From: Octopus bimaculoides
Taxonomy: Eukaryota
Assembly: GCF_001194135.2 (NCBI RefSeq)
Contig: NC_068990.1
Coordinates: forward strand, 90,339,481-90,403,480
Direction: 5' to 3'
Length of the DNA stretch: 64,000 nucleotides
The position numbers were made by a program, and so were the translations under genes. Positions within the stretch are counted from its first letter, which is position 1; each line of letters opens with the position of its first letter. Shown here piece by piece: positions 1-14,692 of the stretch. Under the pieces are notes generated by a model. It was not told the DNA's origin, made no database searches, and worked only from the letters and a program-made list of their open reading frames with translations.

Positions 1-60
1 TACAAGAATTTTATCAAGTGGCTAGCTTGAAAAAACTCGTATGGGGAAAATCCATCATTA

Positions 61-105
61 TCCCTAGAATATATTCCGTAGAATATATTCCCTAGAATAT
101 TCCCC
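61..105. repeat. Short tandem repeat, about 3 copies of a 12-14 bp unit (TTCCCTAGAATATA-like)
   Basis: tccctagaatata / ttccgtagaatata / ttccctagaata seen directly. Confidence 0.7.
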
Positions 106-109
106 TACA

Positions 110-945
110 GAGATACCTGCAGAGAAGCCTGCACTAAACATGGACTACTGGAGGACGATGCTCACTGGGACCAGACACTGGAGGAGGCAGCAGTCCGCAG
201 AGCACCAAGTCAACTACACCAGCTGTTTGTTATCATGTGTGATGACATGTGGCTTGGCTGAACCTCTCAAACTTTGGGCGACCCACAAAACCAGTCAAAG
301 GACATCCTACAAAGGATTCAAAGGGGAAACCTCAGCGGAAATTGTCACGTTTAATAACGCCATTTGCAATGAGGCATTACTTGACCTGGACACCCGAGTG
401 CAAGCTATAGGAGGTTAAGGCATTGCCACATTTGGTCTGCCTCAACCGGAGCAGGCAGCAAACAATCTCGCAATTGAGTACCTCTGAGAAATCAGCTACG
501 ATATCGCATAATTGACGTCGTATATAGTTGATAACGAACACAAACTGACAGAGTACCAACTGGTTGTTTATAAGATCATTATTTCGAGAATTAAAAGTGA
601 AAGCGGAGGTCTTTTCTTTCTGGATTCTCCAGTTGGAACTGGCAAGACATTTGTCATCAACCATCTTCTGGCTAAACTGTGGCAAATGAAACACATTGCC
701 ATAGAAGTGGCGTTAAGTAGAATAGCTGCAACTCTGCTAAGTGGTGGCTCATTCCTGTTTCAAACTCCTTTTGGACCTGTCCAAGAAAGAGAAGGCAAAC
801 TGCAAGATCAGTCGTGGTTCTATAAAAGGCAAACTTCTGGGTGAATGCAAGCTGATCATCTGGGATGAGACGACAATGAGCCATAAGGTTTCCTTTGAAG
901 CTCTTGACATGGACCTTCAGGATCTGAGACACAACACCAGGCTAA
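110..945 (+). mobile_element. Helitron RepHel fragment (linker plus PIF1-type helicase N-terminus), frameshifted
   Basis: Translations across frames give CREACTKHGLLEDDAHWDQTLEEAA, FFLDSPVGTGKTFVINHLLAKL (Walker A), VALSRIAATLLSGG and CKLIIWDETTMSHKVSFEALDMDLQDLR (Walker B region). The order is collinear with Helitron helicases. Stops and frameshifts are present; the relic ends at a microsatellite and gap. Confidence 0.92.
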
Positions 946-1200
946 TGTATTATGTATATATGCATGAATGNNNNNNNNNNNNNNNNNNNNNNNNNNNNNN
1001 NNNNNNNNNNNNNNNNNNNNNNNNNNNNNNNNNNNNNNNNNNNNNNNNNNNNNNNNNNNNNNNNNNNNNNNNNNNNNNNNNNNNNNNNNNNNNNNNNNNN
1101 NNNNNNNNNNNNNNNNNNNNNNNNNNNNNNNNNNNNNNNNNNNNNNNNNNNNNNNNNNNNNNNNNNNNNNNNNNNNNNNNNNNNNNNNNNNNNNNNNNNA

Positions 1201-1247
1201 TATATATATGTATATATATGTATGTATATATATAGAGTAGTAGTCGT

Positions 1248-1323
<76 letters not shown>
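1201..1323. repeat. Compound microsatellite (TA)n-(GCA)n-(GTA)n
   Basis: Direct reading. Confidence 0.95.
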
Positions 1324-4079
1324 TCACAGGTGGTACAGTGCATTCATAATTGATGAGCAAATTATGAGTAGCCGAACGCCCCGAGCTATACCAGACTATT
1401 ATAAATGTATGACCTTATATTTTTGGAAAATAATCTAATCGTGGAGCGATTAATTCTTCTGCTTACATTTCATCTGAATTCTCTCTCGGGTATAGCTCGA
1501 TTATATATTCATACCTGTACTTCGAGTTCTTTTCGATATAGTATATGTAAATTGTATAACTGAAGCATAGCCGAATAGTTAATGAGTTGTTTTCGCGATC
1601 ACGAGGTTCTGAGTTCGATTCCAATGTGTGTTATTTTGAGAAAATTTCATTTTTCTATAACATCGTGTCGAGGTCATATATATTTAGTGAAATTTGGTCG
1701 ACAGAAACTGAATAGAAATCCATCAAATGGATTTTAATTCTAATTCAGAAGCATGTGTAATGTACTGTCACTATGATTATGTCTCAGAATAATTACGTTA
1801 AGACTACATGGACATTTAAAACATGAACCATTTACATGTTGATTAATAGGCATGGATTTAGTTGATCGAATAAATGAATTCTCATAATCGAACGATGTTG
1901 ATGCACCACCAGTATAAATTGTGCTTCTAATAGACTCTTAACTGACAAGGTAACCAGTTGTAGGACATTCCAGTGGCATATTAAAAGCAAGCCTTGGAAA
2001 ATGTACCTATAACACCAATAAAATCTATTACATTGTAAATGCTCCCTTAGGACAAATATCAAATGATCAAAGCGTTAAATTGTGCTGGTGTAAGACGTTT
2101 TCGCTTGCTGAACATCACTTATCGTAGAACATAAAAGAAGGTCCACATTGTGAATTTTAGAAGATATACTATTTAGAGGTACTGAATACAGTAGCACTGG
2201 CATGTGTCTGATTAAATTCATAGTCAGGGCGTGTAAAAAAAAATATGTAGCTGGCTCAAGCAAGAATACGGCTTCTCATACGACAACATTTTGTAATGAG
2301 ACATTAACAGAGAAAGAAACTCAGTCAATGCCAGTAGTTAAATGTCTGGGTTCCAAAATAGGCCAACACCACTTAATATTGAATAGATATCTATATGCTA
2401 TGAAAGTGGAATCATTTTTATTTGCTGATTTTAATGCCACATGTTCTCAACTGTATGATGCAATTTATAAATTTCCACCACTGTGAAGAATACATTTTAG
2501 CAATTATTATGGTCTGTCTGATCCATTTATACAAACGATAGTCTAGAACCCAATACTAATTTAACCTCTGAGGCATTATGTCAAAGCAGTAATGACTGTA
2601 ACTTCGAAGACTCTGGATATTGCGATATCTTCCAAATTAGTTAATAAGCATTCACATTAAGAACATATATTGCGAAAATGCCTAGCTGGAAACCATAAAG
2701 TAGACAGATGCTATTCTATATTAAAGGAATTATCGTGAAAATATAGTGTTGTGTTAACAGGACGTATATTTTGGGATAATGAATGTATATGTATTTGCAA
2801 TACTGATGATTACGTAAATAATTAAGTTATCTCTATTTACAGGAAATAGCTCTGCTACAATAATTCATCATGTCATATCATTTAATTTAATAATGGCAAC
2901 CGATATCAGAGATATTCCTGGACTAATGAAAGGCGATTACATCTGAATATCGTTTGCTTGTTATTAACTAAAGTACGGATGTGTACATTCCCGTGTTGTA
3001 AAGAGGCTTGTTTGCTAATACGTAGTTCCCGGTTCAATCCTACTGCACGGGATATTGGCGTAATGTCTTCTAACATAGTTTGAAAAATGCTGCAAGTATC
3101 TGCACCAGATTGCCACTACTAGGATACCTTTTTTACATTTTCCCCTTCAGTCTAAGACGCCCCAAGAATGGAGTTAGATAGAATAACAAGTGAGTTCTTT
3201 CTTATACAAACGTACAACTGTTGTGAATAAAGTTCGGTTGTACTTTACGATAACAAACTGAATTCCTCACCACGTCTAATGCCACAACCTGGTCTGGATG
3301 AGCCTTTAGGGGAAGTCATTCGGTTGTAAGCATTCCCACCCATTTTCCAGGACCAGAACATTTTCTGACATTTCCCAATAAGTCCCAGACGCGCCCAGAA
3401 GCAGGATGGACGGATTCAAGTTCGTCCACCTGCAAAACATACAAAAACGCAAAACCGAAATAAAGGAATTACTTTTAGAAAAACCAGCTCGTTGAAGTAA
3501 ATGCTTCCACAGTATCAGTATTGTTATATAACAGAATTTTATGTTGTGTATAGACTAGCGTTCAGATCTCCGTATATTTAAACAGTGCATTCATTGAATC
3601 AATACATAGATCAGCATTGAAATACTGAAATAGAAACAGCGTGGTTACAATGGTACGGTTATAAACTAATAGCTATTCTCGGATATATGTATGAATTAAT
3701 GCACATAACAACGGCGGTAGACTTTTAAAATTTATTGTCGGCTATTTTGCCGATAATAGCACTTTTCTAAGAACACTGGGGCTATTTCCTTTGTTAAATT
3801 TGAGAAGGAGATTCTTTCCCGAAATGAAATGTAATAAAAGTGTTAACGAATATCATATAACAGTATCGTGCCTTTGTGCTTATTTATTAGTATATCTTAA
3901 CCAATTTTACCTAACTTCTCAACCTATTACTTGAATTTTATTATTTAAAAACTAATTATATTATTAATGCATATACGCATAGACAAAGATATATATACGT
4001 GTATGTGTTTGTATTTGTCTATGTGTGTGTATGTGTTTGTGTGTAGATAGATAGGTAGATAGATAGATAGATAGAATAA

Positions 4080-4645
4080 TCTGACAACCCTTGCGGGGTG
4101 GGGAGAGGACGTTCGGAAAACTCACAAGATCCGATTTTTCCGTCATAACTTTTGGGAAAATAGATATATATTGCTTTTTTTTAACGAAATCCCACGTTTT
4201 TGGTTACGGAGGATCCGATTCTGAAAAATCTTTTTTCAAAAATCGCATTTTCAAAATTTCATCTCCCCTCCCGTCCCCCTCCCTTCATTTTTCACTTTTT
4301 CCGGAATTATTATTATTATTATTATTATTTTTTGCGAAGTACGTAGAAAAATGCGAAGATTACGATTCTGAAAAAAATTTGATTGTAAAATTTAAATTTT
4401 TCAACAAGAAAAAAAAAAAAAAGAATATATACCCTCAGGCCTTCAAGCAGGCTATCCGCATGTTAGAAATAGCAGCCAAATCTCACAAAACTGCGATAAC
4501 ATAATGAAATTTTGAAAATGCGACTTTGAAAAAAAATTTTTCAGAATCGGATCCTCCGTAACCAAAGGATTAGTAGAAAGGATTCCGCGAATTAAGGACT
4601 CCAAATCAGTCGGAATGATGGGGCTAAGTTTGAGTATGCAGCGTG
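4080..4645. mobile_element. Probable non-autonomous DNA element with internal inverted repeat (arms 4199-4262 and 4504-4566)
   Basis: About 64-bp arms tttggttacggaggatccgattctgaaaaa...ttttcaaaatttcat and its reverse complement. Partial extra copies of the gatccgatt/gattctgaaaa motif lie near 4127 and 4363. Non-coding and flanked by microsatellites. Confidence 0.55.
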
Positions 4646-5483
4646 TGTATATGTGTTTGTATATATATGTACGTGTGTATGCATATATGTATGTATATAT
4701 GTATGTATAGATGCATATATGCATACATATATATGTATACTTATGTATATATATATGTATATGTATATATATGTATCTGTATGTATGTTTGTATATATAT
4801 GTATGTGTATACATATGTATGTGTGTATGTATGTATGTATGTATGTATGTATATATATATATATGTATATATATTTGTGTGTAGGTGTGTTTTTATTTAT
4901 GTACGTATTTATGTATTTATCAATGCATCGTAGAGACGATTAATGGCTGCGTCCGTGCTTTTCTCTGCAAACCATAGATACGGAACGAAAGTTGAAACGA
5001 AAATACAGCGTAAAACTGCTTTAATGCAAGGAAACTTAATGGACGGTGTAAGGATTTTATAATCGTAAAATTAAAAGAACTCTAATTGAGATTTTGTAAA
5101 TCTAATATTGGATTTACTAAATTTTTTGACATATGTATATCAGTATGTTTTATAGTAAAGGGTGAAGGAAAACTGTTTGTGTTTTGATTGTGAACAATAT
5201 CTATGATTTATTTATCGATTTATTTATCGATTTATGATTTATTTATCGATTACGGTAGGGTGGAGCCTGTCAGTGGGTGTTTTATTGATGGCTGAGAAAT
5301 AAAAGGAAATATCAGTTCTATTTTATCTGAACTCGATGGTAATGAGGTACTGAACAAGATATAAAACTGCGGGCACACACATACGCGCATTGGCAAACAC
5401 GCAAACACAGAGACACGCATATATATATATATACATATGTACACAAAAATGCATATATATGTATATATATATATGTAAATATA

Positions 5484-5525
<42 letters not shown>

Positions 5526-5576
5526 CATACACACAGACATACACACACNNNNNNNNNNAAAGAGACATACACACAG

Positions 5577-5625
<49 letters not shown>

Positions 5626-5762
5626 CACACACACATACGTGAAATTCTTGTATTTTCATCTATTAATATGCATATATGTAAATAAATGCATACATATATA
5701 CACATATATCCATAAACATATACATTCATACATACATACATATATACATACATATATGTATA

Positions 5763-5819
<57 letters not shown>

Positions 5820-5940
5820 TGTGTACACACTTATATGCATCTAATACGGAAGCAGGCACACACACATATATGTATATATGTATGCGTGTCTATTTATTTG
5901 TATGTATGTTCTTATGTACACGCGTGTGTTTGTATGTTTG
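4645..5940. repeat. Low-complexity (TA/TG/CA/GA)n region with a 10-N gap
   Basis: Direct reading; source of the YIYI/CVCV ORFs. Confidence 0.9.
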
Positions 5941-7389
5941 TAGACGCCATTAATCTTGTTGACATTTCTGCTGCTTTAGTCGTAGAACTGATTATTTGCA
6001 TTCCAGAGTTACCGGACTTTGTGTATAGTGTATGAACCAGATAGCATCGATTTTGTGCGACAAACATTATATTATGGATACTTTATTAGAGAAGATGAAA
6101 GCAATGATGAAAGGCGAAGTTGACATCGGTCTGAGATGTCCATAGATATATATTAGCTCCATCAGAACTAGATGTGGCAAACAAATTATTAACTACGTCT
6201 TTGGTGTATTGGCGTAATAGTCGATAGCGTTCAGTAGTACACATTAGACTGGTGACGGTGACGGAGTATTTGCTGTGCATGTTATGAATTAGAATAACGT
6301 AATGGTGGATGAGAATGGAGATAGAGCGGTGGGCAAATTGGCTTGCGATATCTTGTCACGGTCATTTATGTTGTATTATTCATCTTTTCGGGGCCAGTTG
6401 AAAATAAATACCACTTAAGTGTTGAAAAGGATTTGACTAACTATGCCCATTACACACACGAATGAACAAATTGTGGTCTTGTGCCTATGATGGGAATGGT
6501 TATTATGTTAGATGACTAAATTTGTAAAAAAGAATGGAAAAACATAGAAGTAAAACTAGACATCCATCATAATTTTATTTTCTAAGTACAAATATTTTAG
6601 AAACAAAATAGAATTTCCCACCACCGACAAGTATAGACGGACATAACCACACACAATCTTAATCCAATGTGTGTTTTCTTTGCTAAGACAATTGTGAATT
6701 ATCAAAGTAACATTTGGCTGCTATTTTAACAGACTCAACCACTATGTATTCGCGATTGTGTTTAGTTTTATGTGAATTACAATTCTTTATTGCTAACTTC
6801 TTTGAAAGGTGACCGCGCACCAATGAAATCTGCTCTGACTCTTCAGAAAGTTTAATTAATGGTACGAAGCCAAAACTCTATGTAGAGAATAAAGAAATAT
6901 TTCAAATTATTTGGCAAAATAAGTATGTAAACGAATAAGTAAATAAGCAAATACATAATGTATCGTAAGATATATGGAGATTGGAAGGTCACCTGGAAAT
7001 AAGAAACACGTCTTGGATGAAATTAAAGAGAAGAAATATGGGAGCCTGTATTTGTAATATGTGTGTGGTATGAGTGTGTGAGAGCATGTATATATTTAGC
7101 TAAGTAATAACGATCGCAATAATAAATCAACAGACATTGATGTCAGGAATAAAAAATACATATTTGAAACGTGACAAATAAATAAATAAATAATGTTAAA
7201 CCACACTTGTGTAGTTTACGATGATGATCCTGATGAGGAGGACGATGCGGTGGATGGGAATGGGGTGGGACGAGTATAGAACATGACGGGACTATTAGCA
7301 ACAACGTAACAACAATACTATCATTAAAATTGATAACAATAACAATAACAATAACTATACGATAAAGTATGATAAAATTAATATTAATG

Positions 7390-7390
7390 A

Positions 7391-7440
<50 letters not shown>

Positions 7441-7450
7441 TTACTACTAT

Positions 7451-7506
<56 letters not shown>

Positions 7507-7644
7507 ATAATAATAATAATAATAATAAGACCATCATTATTATTACCATTAATGTTATTGTTGTTTATTGTTATTGTCATTTTCATAGTAATAATGAAAC
7601 TGATAACTTAATGAGAAGAAAATCAATGTTATTGTTGTACCATT

Positions 7645-7732
<88 letters not shown>

Positions 7733-7735
7733 TTG
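7390..7735. repeat. (TAC)n, (TAA)n and (TTTC)n microsatellites
   Basis: Direct reading. Confidence 0.95.
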
Positions 7736-8089
7736 TTTCTCTATAACTTTCAAACATGGCATGTAATTTCACTTTGGTTTCGTTCACACAAAGAGACACT
7801 CTGATGTGAATTAAATCAGATTCAATTTTCTGCTTCTTCTTCTTTTTTTCCCCCTCTCATTGTCATTATGTAGGCGTCAGAAACAATTATCGTAATGAGA
7901 AGATGCAGGATTCCATTGTTGACCAGAAAACAAGCCTTTGAAGATCTCGTTTTTGTCTTTTGCTTGCCAATATTCATGTTTATTTAATAACACTTAAAAT
8001 CTTTTGAATTCTACATATATTCTGACTGTTGTTAATATTTAGCCCGAGATCTAGGGCAATACATTGGCAGAATCTTTAAAGCCTTTGAC

Positions 8090-8255
8090 AGAGTTCATCA
8101 CGGTATTGCTTCTGGCTCGTTACGTTCTGAGTTCAAATTCTGCCTTTCAACTCATCGAGGTTGATTGTATAAAGTATCAATCAAATACTGGATTCAATTT
8201 AATCGTCTGACTCCGCTCGGCTAAATGTTTGTCTTGTTCTTGAAATAGAAACAGT
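8090..8255 (+). mobile_element. tRNA-derived CORE-type SINE, degenerate copy (family B)
   Basis: cgttacgttctgagttcaaattctgcc...gcctttcaactcatcgaggttgat; same family as 24099-24308 and 37784-37970. Confidence 0.7.
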
Positions 8256-8636
8256 ATGTAGCATTAGATCTGCTCTGATCAAGAAGATCAATGACCAAAG
8301 ACGATCCAGCTGATGGCGTACTACGGATTATTTTATCAACGTATCCTGTTGAAGATGGTAGAATATGATGATTTCAAAGCGATTTGGACATACATTGACG
8401 CACTAATTTTTGTTTTATTGTGGTGTGGTGTTTGTTTTGTAATGGAGTTGCATCACGTTGCAGTTTTTCTCTGATATATCAGTGCTTTGGGCCTAGAATA
8501 AAAATAATTGTGTGTGTGTGTGTATACTCACCTGTAAGTTTATGGGTATTTGCGCTGTTTGTCTCTTAATCGCACCACTATCACTCTATTTTATTCTTTC
8601 TCTCTCTCTTTCTCTACCTATAAATGTAGGTCTATG

Positions 8637-8670
<34 letters not shown>

Positions 8671-9520
8671 TGTTGTATAAGTATGCTTCCTTTGCAGTAG
8701 TTTGAAACCTTGACGTATATTGAACGGCAAAGAAACCACAATATTTTTTGTAGAATCGAACCACAATGTACTTTAGCACAATAGCAAAAAATCGCCTTCA
8801 GCTTCACCACAAACAACAACGCAACCAATCCGAAAATTGCTTTTCTATCATTATGGATGCAAGACATGAATCCCTTCTCTGTTTTATTACCAGACGCCAT
8901 TTCGTTGCAGTTATTCTGAGTTCCAGATTTGATTGCAAATTACTCTGACTTTACAAATAAGCGTTTTCAAAAAGGTTGCCCGTCCGCAGACGATGGTGAC
9001 TGCTCATACATACATGATGTCGCATGTTGTATTACCTTTAATCTTAACAAATTAACTGATTTGTTTTTACTTTGTATTTTGGTTTTACCCGAAGTAAAAA
9101 AGAAACAAAAGCCGGTGATGTTCAATAATGAGAATGAAAACAAGCACTGGATGATATAAACAATATATTAACGCCAGGAATGAATTAAAAACCGTCCTGA
9201 AACGTGCCATATGCGATGCAAAGGTGTTTACGAACGTCGGAGAGCACAAATAAATTTTAACTCTTGATCGGAGTGCATTCCCCATGGCATTGTATTTTAA
9301 CGTTATTCTATCACACGATAAATACCGGTTCGTTAAATTTCAGTGTGTCAAGTATTATTCCTGTGTGTAAATATAGTATTTTCACTTTAATTTTGAGTAA
9401 AAAAAGATAAACTAAAGAAGAGCAATAAATATTTCTCTCTGAAAAAATACACGATTACAAACAGATATACAAACAAATACACATGCATATATATATATAT
9501 ATATATACATNNNNNNNNNN

Positions 9521-9560
<40 letters not shown>

Positions 9561-9789
9561 ATAGAGTATGTTTTATACATGTATGTGTGTGTGTACGTAT
9601 GTATGTGTATATCAAAGTATTTACACACAGAAAGAGTGTTTCACACACACAGACACATGTATACGCATATTTTACAAACTTGATTGTGGGTTAGATATGT
9701 GCTAATGAATTACATGCATAAAAAACGACTATTATATTATGTGTGTATAAGAGTGAGCTGTTACTACGCCGGACATATGGTTAGAATAA

Positions 9790-9920
9790 TTTGGTCCATG
9801 ATAACAAAGTGAGTTCACATTCCACCGATATCGACTTTGCCTTTCATCGTTTCGGTGTCGGTAAAATACGAACACTGGGTCGATGTAATCGACCTGCAGC
9901 CTCCTGCCGTAATTTGAAGA
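9790..9920 (+). mobile_element. CORE-type SINE fragment (family B)
   Basis: gagttcacattccaccgatatcgactttgcctttcatcgtttcggtgtcggtaaaata...gggtcgatgtaatcgac. Confidence 0.75.
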
Positions 9921-9930
9921 CATTAGAATA

Positions 9931-10315
9931 TTCTTTTATTCTTTGATTCTTTACTTGTTTCAGTCATTTTGATAGTGGTCATTCTGGAGCACCACCTTTT
10001 AGTCAAAGAAATCGAACCCTGGACTTGTAAGCCTGGTATTTATTCAATCGGTCTCTTTTGCCAAATCGCTATGTCAAGGGGACGTACACACAACAAGATC
10101 GGTTGTCAAGCTATGATGGAGGGACAGACAGAGGCAAAAATACACAAATATATACAACGGGCTTCTTTCAGTTTCCGTCTACCATATCCACTCACAAGAA
10201 TTTGGTCGGCTAGAGGCTATAACAGAAGACACTTGCCCAAGGCAAATTTAAAAGACTGAACCTGGAACCATGTGGTTGGGAAGCAAGCCTCTTACCACAC
10301 AGCCACTCCTGCGCC
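9931..10315 (-). mobile_element. Near full-length tRNA-derived SINE (family A)
   Basis: Minus strand starts ggcgcaggagtggctgtgtggtaag (A box), has ggttcagtc (B-box-like), and ends with a tgactgaaacaagtaaag tail. Collinear with 62651-63030. Confidence 0.9.
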
Positions 10316-11127
10316 TATGTGTATATATATTCACATACATACATAATACATACATATATATATATATATACATATANNNNNNNNNNNNNNNNNNNNNNNN
10401 NNNNNNNNNNNNNNNNNNNNNNNNNNNNNNNNNNNNNNNNNNNNNNNNNNNNNNNNNNNNNNNNNNNNNNNNNNNNNNNNNNNNNNNNNNNNNNNNNNNN
10501 NNNNNNNNNNNNNNNNNNNNNNNNNNNNNNNNNNNNNNNNNNNNNNNNNNNNNNNNNNNNNNNNNNNNNNNNNNNNNNNNNNNNNNNNNNNNNNNNNNNN
10601 NNNNNNNNNNNNNNNNNNNNNNNNNNNNNNNNNNNNNNNNNNNNNNNNNNNNNNTATATATACACATATACACACAGACAATTAATTATGCATCTATAAA
10701 TGCGTTTGAAAGTTCTATGTATGTGTGAATATATGTATGCATGTATTTGTGGGGATAGAGGTATGCGTGGTGTATGTGAATATCTGCTTGTATCAGGCCA
10801 TTTCAGGTTATTTCTCTCATTATCTCTGTGGCAACTTTCCAGCACACACACACACGCATACACCCCCTCTCTCTCTCTTTGTCTCTGGCTCTCTCACCCC
10901 ATCTCTCTCTCTCTATCTCTTTCATTCTCAATATGATCGTCTTCTTTCCTTCTCTATGTATACATGTCTTCATCGCATCTTCTGCCTCAGCAACTAACCT
11001 CGTTATGTTTAAACTTGTTCAATTATTATCACGAAGTACTCAATAACCAATTGATTTAATTATATATGTGCGTGTGTGAGTGTATGTGTGCATGGATATA
11101 TATCTACATATATTTATAATACATACA

Positions 11128-11161
<34 letters not shown>

Positions 11162-11176
11162 ATATNNNNNNNNNNT

Positions 11177-11207
<31 letters not shown>

Positions 11208-11408
11208 GAAACATATGAATCTGACGGAATCAGGCGAAGTGTATATTTGTATATACATACATACGCACATACATTCATTTGGCTTGCTTTTGTCAGACTG
11301 ACCAAGGCTAGCAAAATGTCACTGTGAAAATTTTCCATTTTATACATATACATTTATGCGTATGCATATATGCACATACGTGCATATATATATAATTATA
11401 TGTGTGTG

Positions 11409-11445
<37 letters not shown>

Positions 11446-11734
11446 TATCTATGTATATATACAAAAATATATTTGTATATATGTATGTAATACATAAATA
11501 AACAAGCGTACTGAGAAAGCGTAAAGCTCCGTCAATGCGACACTAACATCCTCTCAACGATTAGCCATTTTAAAATGAGAATATCTGAAATAAACTCGAC
11601 TGCTCTCACAAACGAGAATACTAAAAATGAACCCGACCGTTCTCAAACGTTAAGTAAAAAAAATAGACAGGAAACATAATCCAGAATCCTTGTCCGGTAC
11701 CGGATCGATCCCAAAATCTAATCAGTTTGTGCCT

Positions 11735-12055
<321 letters not shown>

Positions 12056-12704
12056 TGAAGCGAAAGGCAATATTTTTTTGTTCGAATTTAAACAATAATG
12101 AATAGGTTGGTTTATACATGAGTAACTGTTACATATGTTGTGTTATAGTTATTAATCTGAACACGAATATGACTTGGAAAATATCGACAGGAAACATTAT
12201 TTAACATTTAAAGTGGATTCTAGAATTTGATAGAAAATAAAATTTTCATAACAACATTAACTAAACTCTTTCGTGTTTTAATATCCACAATAATAACTAA
12301 AGGACAACTACTGCCAGCGCAGATATTACTACCATATTGATAAATCGTACCTAGAATGCCGTGAGATACAAAGATGATGTCCTCGAGATTTTTAACTGGG
12401 AACTTTTTTGACAACAAATTACGGAAGATTATTTCGAGACGGGCTAGCAACCAATTCATTGCTTTTTATTTGTGACAATGGATTTTGATGAAGGCTATAA
12501 GAACAACAATTTTGAGCAGAGACAAGTGTTTTGTTTTGTGGATCTGGAAAGGATGAAAGGTGAAGACGGCCTCGGTGAGACGTGAAATTAGAATGGAAAA
12601 AAGGTAGGGAAACGCTGTAAAGAATAATTTCGCCATTGCTCAAACGATTCTGATGGGTTACCGCCTTTCCAATCTAAAAAACTGATAATAATATTGATAC
12701 AACT

Positions 12705-12729
12705 GATGGTGATGGTGGTGGTGGTGGCG

Positions 12730-12795
<66 letters not shown>

Positions 12796-12796
12796 A
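12705..12796. repeat. (GGT)n-(GTA)n microsatellite
   Basis: Direct reading. Confidence 0.95.
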
Positions 12797-13469
12797 GATG
12801 AGGAATAGGAGGAGAAGCGATAGCAGTATGTAAGCCAGTTAGTCAGAAAGTGAAAAAACATAATCGAACAAAATATTTACCATTTCGAAAGAATTCCTCA
12901 CCTTTTTGGGTCGTTAGCAATCCAGCACATCACGTGACGTTCAAGAAAACGCTTACTAATGGCACAATCTTTTTCAACACTTAATTAAACAAAATCGAAA
13001 ATAAAAGAAAGAAAATACTGAACATGATGCAGAATAGAAATATATAGTAACGGTTCATTCCCACAAAAAAGAAAATAACGAAAAAATTAAAATAACGAAA
13101 AAATAGAATTGTAAAACTTAAGAAAAGAAAGAACATGGATAAAAACGCAACCCCACTTACAATTTCAAATTGGCGAAATACGCGTTAAAATGGAATTGTA
13201 AAATATCGAGGGGTGTCTTTTGATCGGTTGGCTTGTTTTATGTTTATTTTCTATAGAAGATGCAGATATGACCATTAAGCAACGTATCATCGTCTAAAGA
13301 TGTCTTATTATCATTATATGCTGGACAATACAACGAACATATCGATACTCCGGCATATAGAAAAATCTAAGACAAAAGAAACACAGTGCTATTGCCTTTG
13401 TCATCTTTGGTTGCTTGGTTACCTTTTAAATTGTCAATCTTGAAGTGTCAGAAATAATTCATGATACCG

Positions 13470-13620
13470 TGGTTAACGTCCTTCATTGAACTTTTTGCCT
13501 GCTGAGAAAGCAGTGCCTGTGAAACTTTGCAAGGTGTCTCAGGCTGATAGGGTCGGAGGGAAGAAGGAATCCTGAAATCGGAGATCTGATCTGAATGCTG
13601 ACAACTGAGTAGTCTCCGCT
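13470..13620 (-). mobile_element. Possible CR1/L2-group LINE ORF2 C-terminal relic
   Basis: A minus-strand frame reads RFQDSFFPPTLSA*DTL, resembling the F..SFFP.T...WN.L motif at the end of CR1/L2 ORF2. Confidence 0.4.
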
Positions 13621-14692
13621 AAAGTCACCTAATGTCACAATTGGTAGCGTTTAGTGTTACACTTGGCAGCGAATTAAATCTGCAACCCAAATAGGCCAAG
13701 ACAGGATTTGAACTTAGTGTGCAAGGAACCAGGAAACTACGAAAAAACATCCTGTTCTACGTTTTACATTTTCACTAATCCATGATATTGGTTTAGCATT
13801 AATTGATCAACCTTACAGTTAGCTTTGTTAACCTTGGCGGGATTTGAACTGAGTTTGTTCGAACTCGGAAGACATATTGCAAGGCATTCTCTTTAATGCT
13901 TTTCAATTTTATAAATCAGCGATCGCTTAATATGACTATCTGTATTCGTATGTGATAAGTTATTTGGCCACCGTGTACACATCTCAGCAGTATTCAGCCC
14001 TCTACCCAGTGTTAACAGAACAAATTACGAGGCTAGACTAAAAGCGAATTCTGAATTACAGAAAACGAAGTATAAGAGAAACAATTGAAATACATAATTA
14101 CATAGCAACAGAGTTGCTGTAGGATATTGGGGAATATAATTATTACTATCGCTGGCAAGTTGTCAGTAACTACTAGAATATTTATTGGCGGCCATAATGG
14201 TTAGTATTGCTGTTTGTTTTTGTTGGTTAACCCCCCCCCCCAAGCTCACTCTAACCCAAACAGTTTCATTATCATTCAGTCATATTTTCTGTCATCAAGT
14301 ATCGATGACTATATTATTTTCAACATGTCCTTTAAACAGTTTCGTGACGTGGTATCATTGCTTGATCTCACACGAACGTATGATTGGAGGAAGATTTGTC
14401 CGGTATATCTGTCAAATGGAACGATCGCATAAAAGTACCGATTTGGTGTGAAAGATTATAATATTCACTATTTCACTTAATCTGTTAGCATTAAAATTTA
14501 AGTAAATATTTCTCCGATTTATAGAAATGGATAAGAGTGAACTATACAAAGAATGGAACAAAACTGTTTTGTAGGTCGTACTTTAACAAAGTTGAAAAGT
14601 CCGGGAATTTAGTTAAAAAAGAAAATGACAGGTTGACCTGATTGACTTTACCAGTGTTATTTCAGGTATAAATAGACTGGCTACCACCAAGA

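Noticed and set aside
1832-2486. Non-repetitive ORFs of 62-94 aa
   Set aside because: No recognisable motifs or splice structure; lengths are compatible with chance.
5203-5252. (GATTTATTTATC)n short array
   Set aside because: Simple minisatellite with no spacers or associated genes.
5519-5590. Identical 30-bp sequence on both sides of a 10-N gap
   Set aside because: Most likely an unmerged contig overlap rather than a real duplication.
7874-7990. Possible terminal exon after a polypyrimidine tract and TAG
   Set aside because: All frames are short, there is no recognisable domain and no partner exon was identified.
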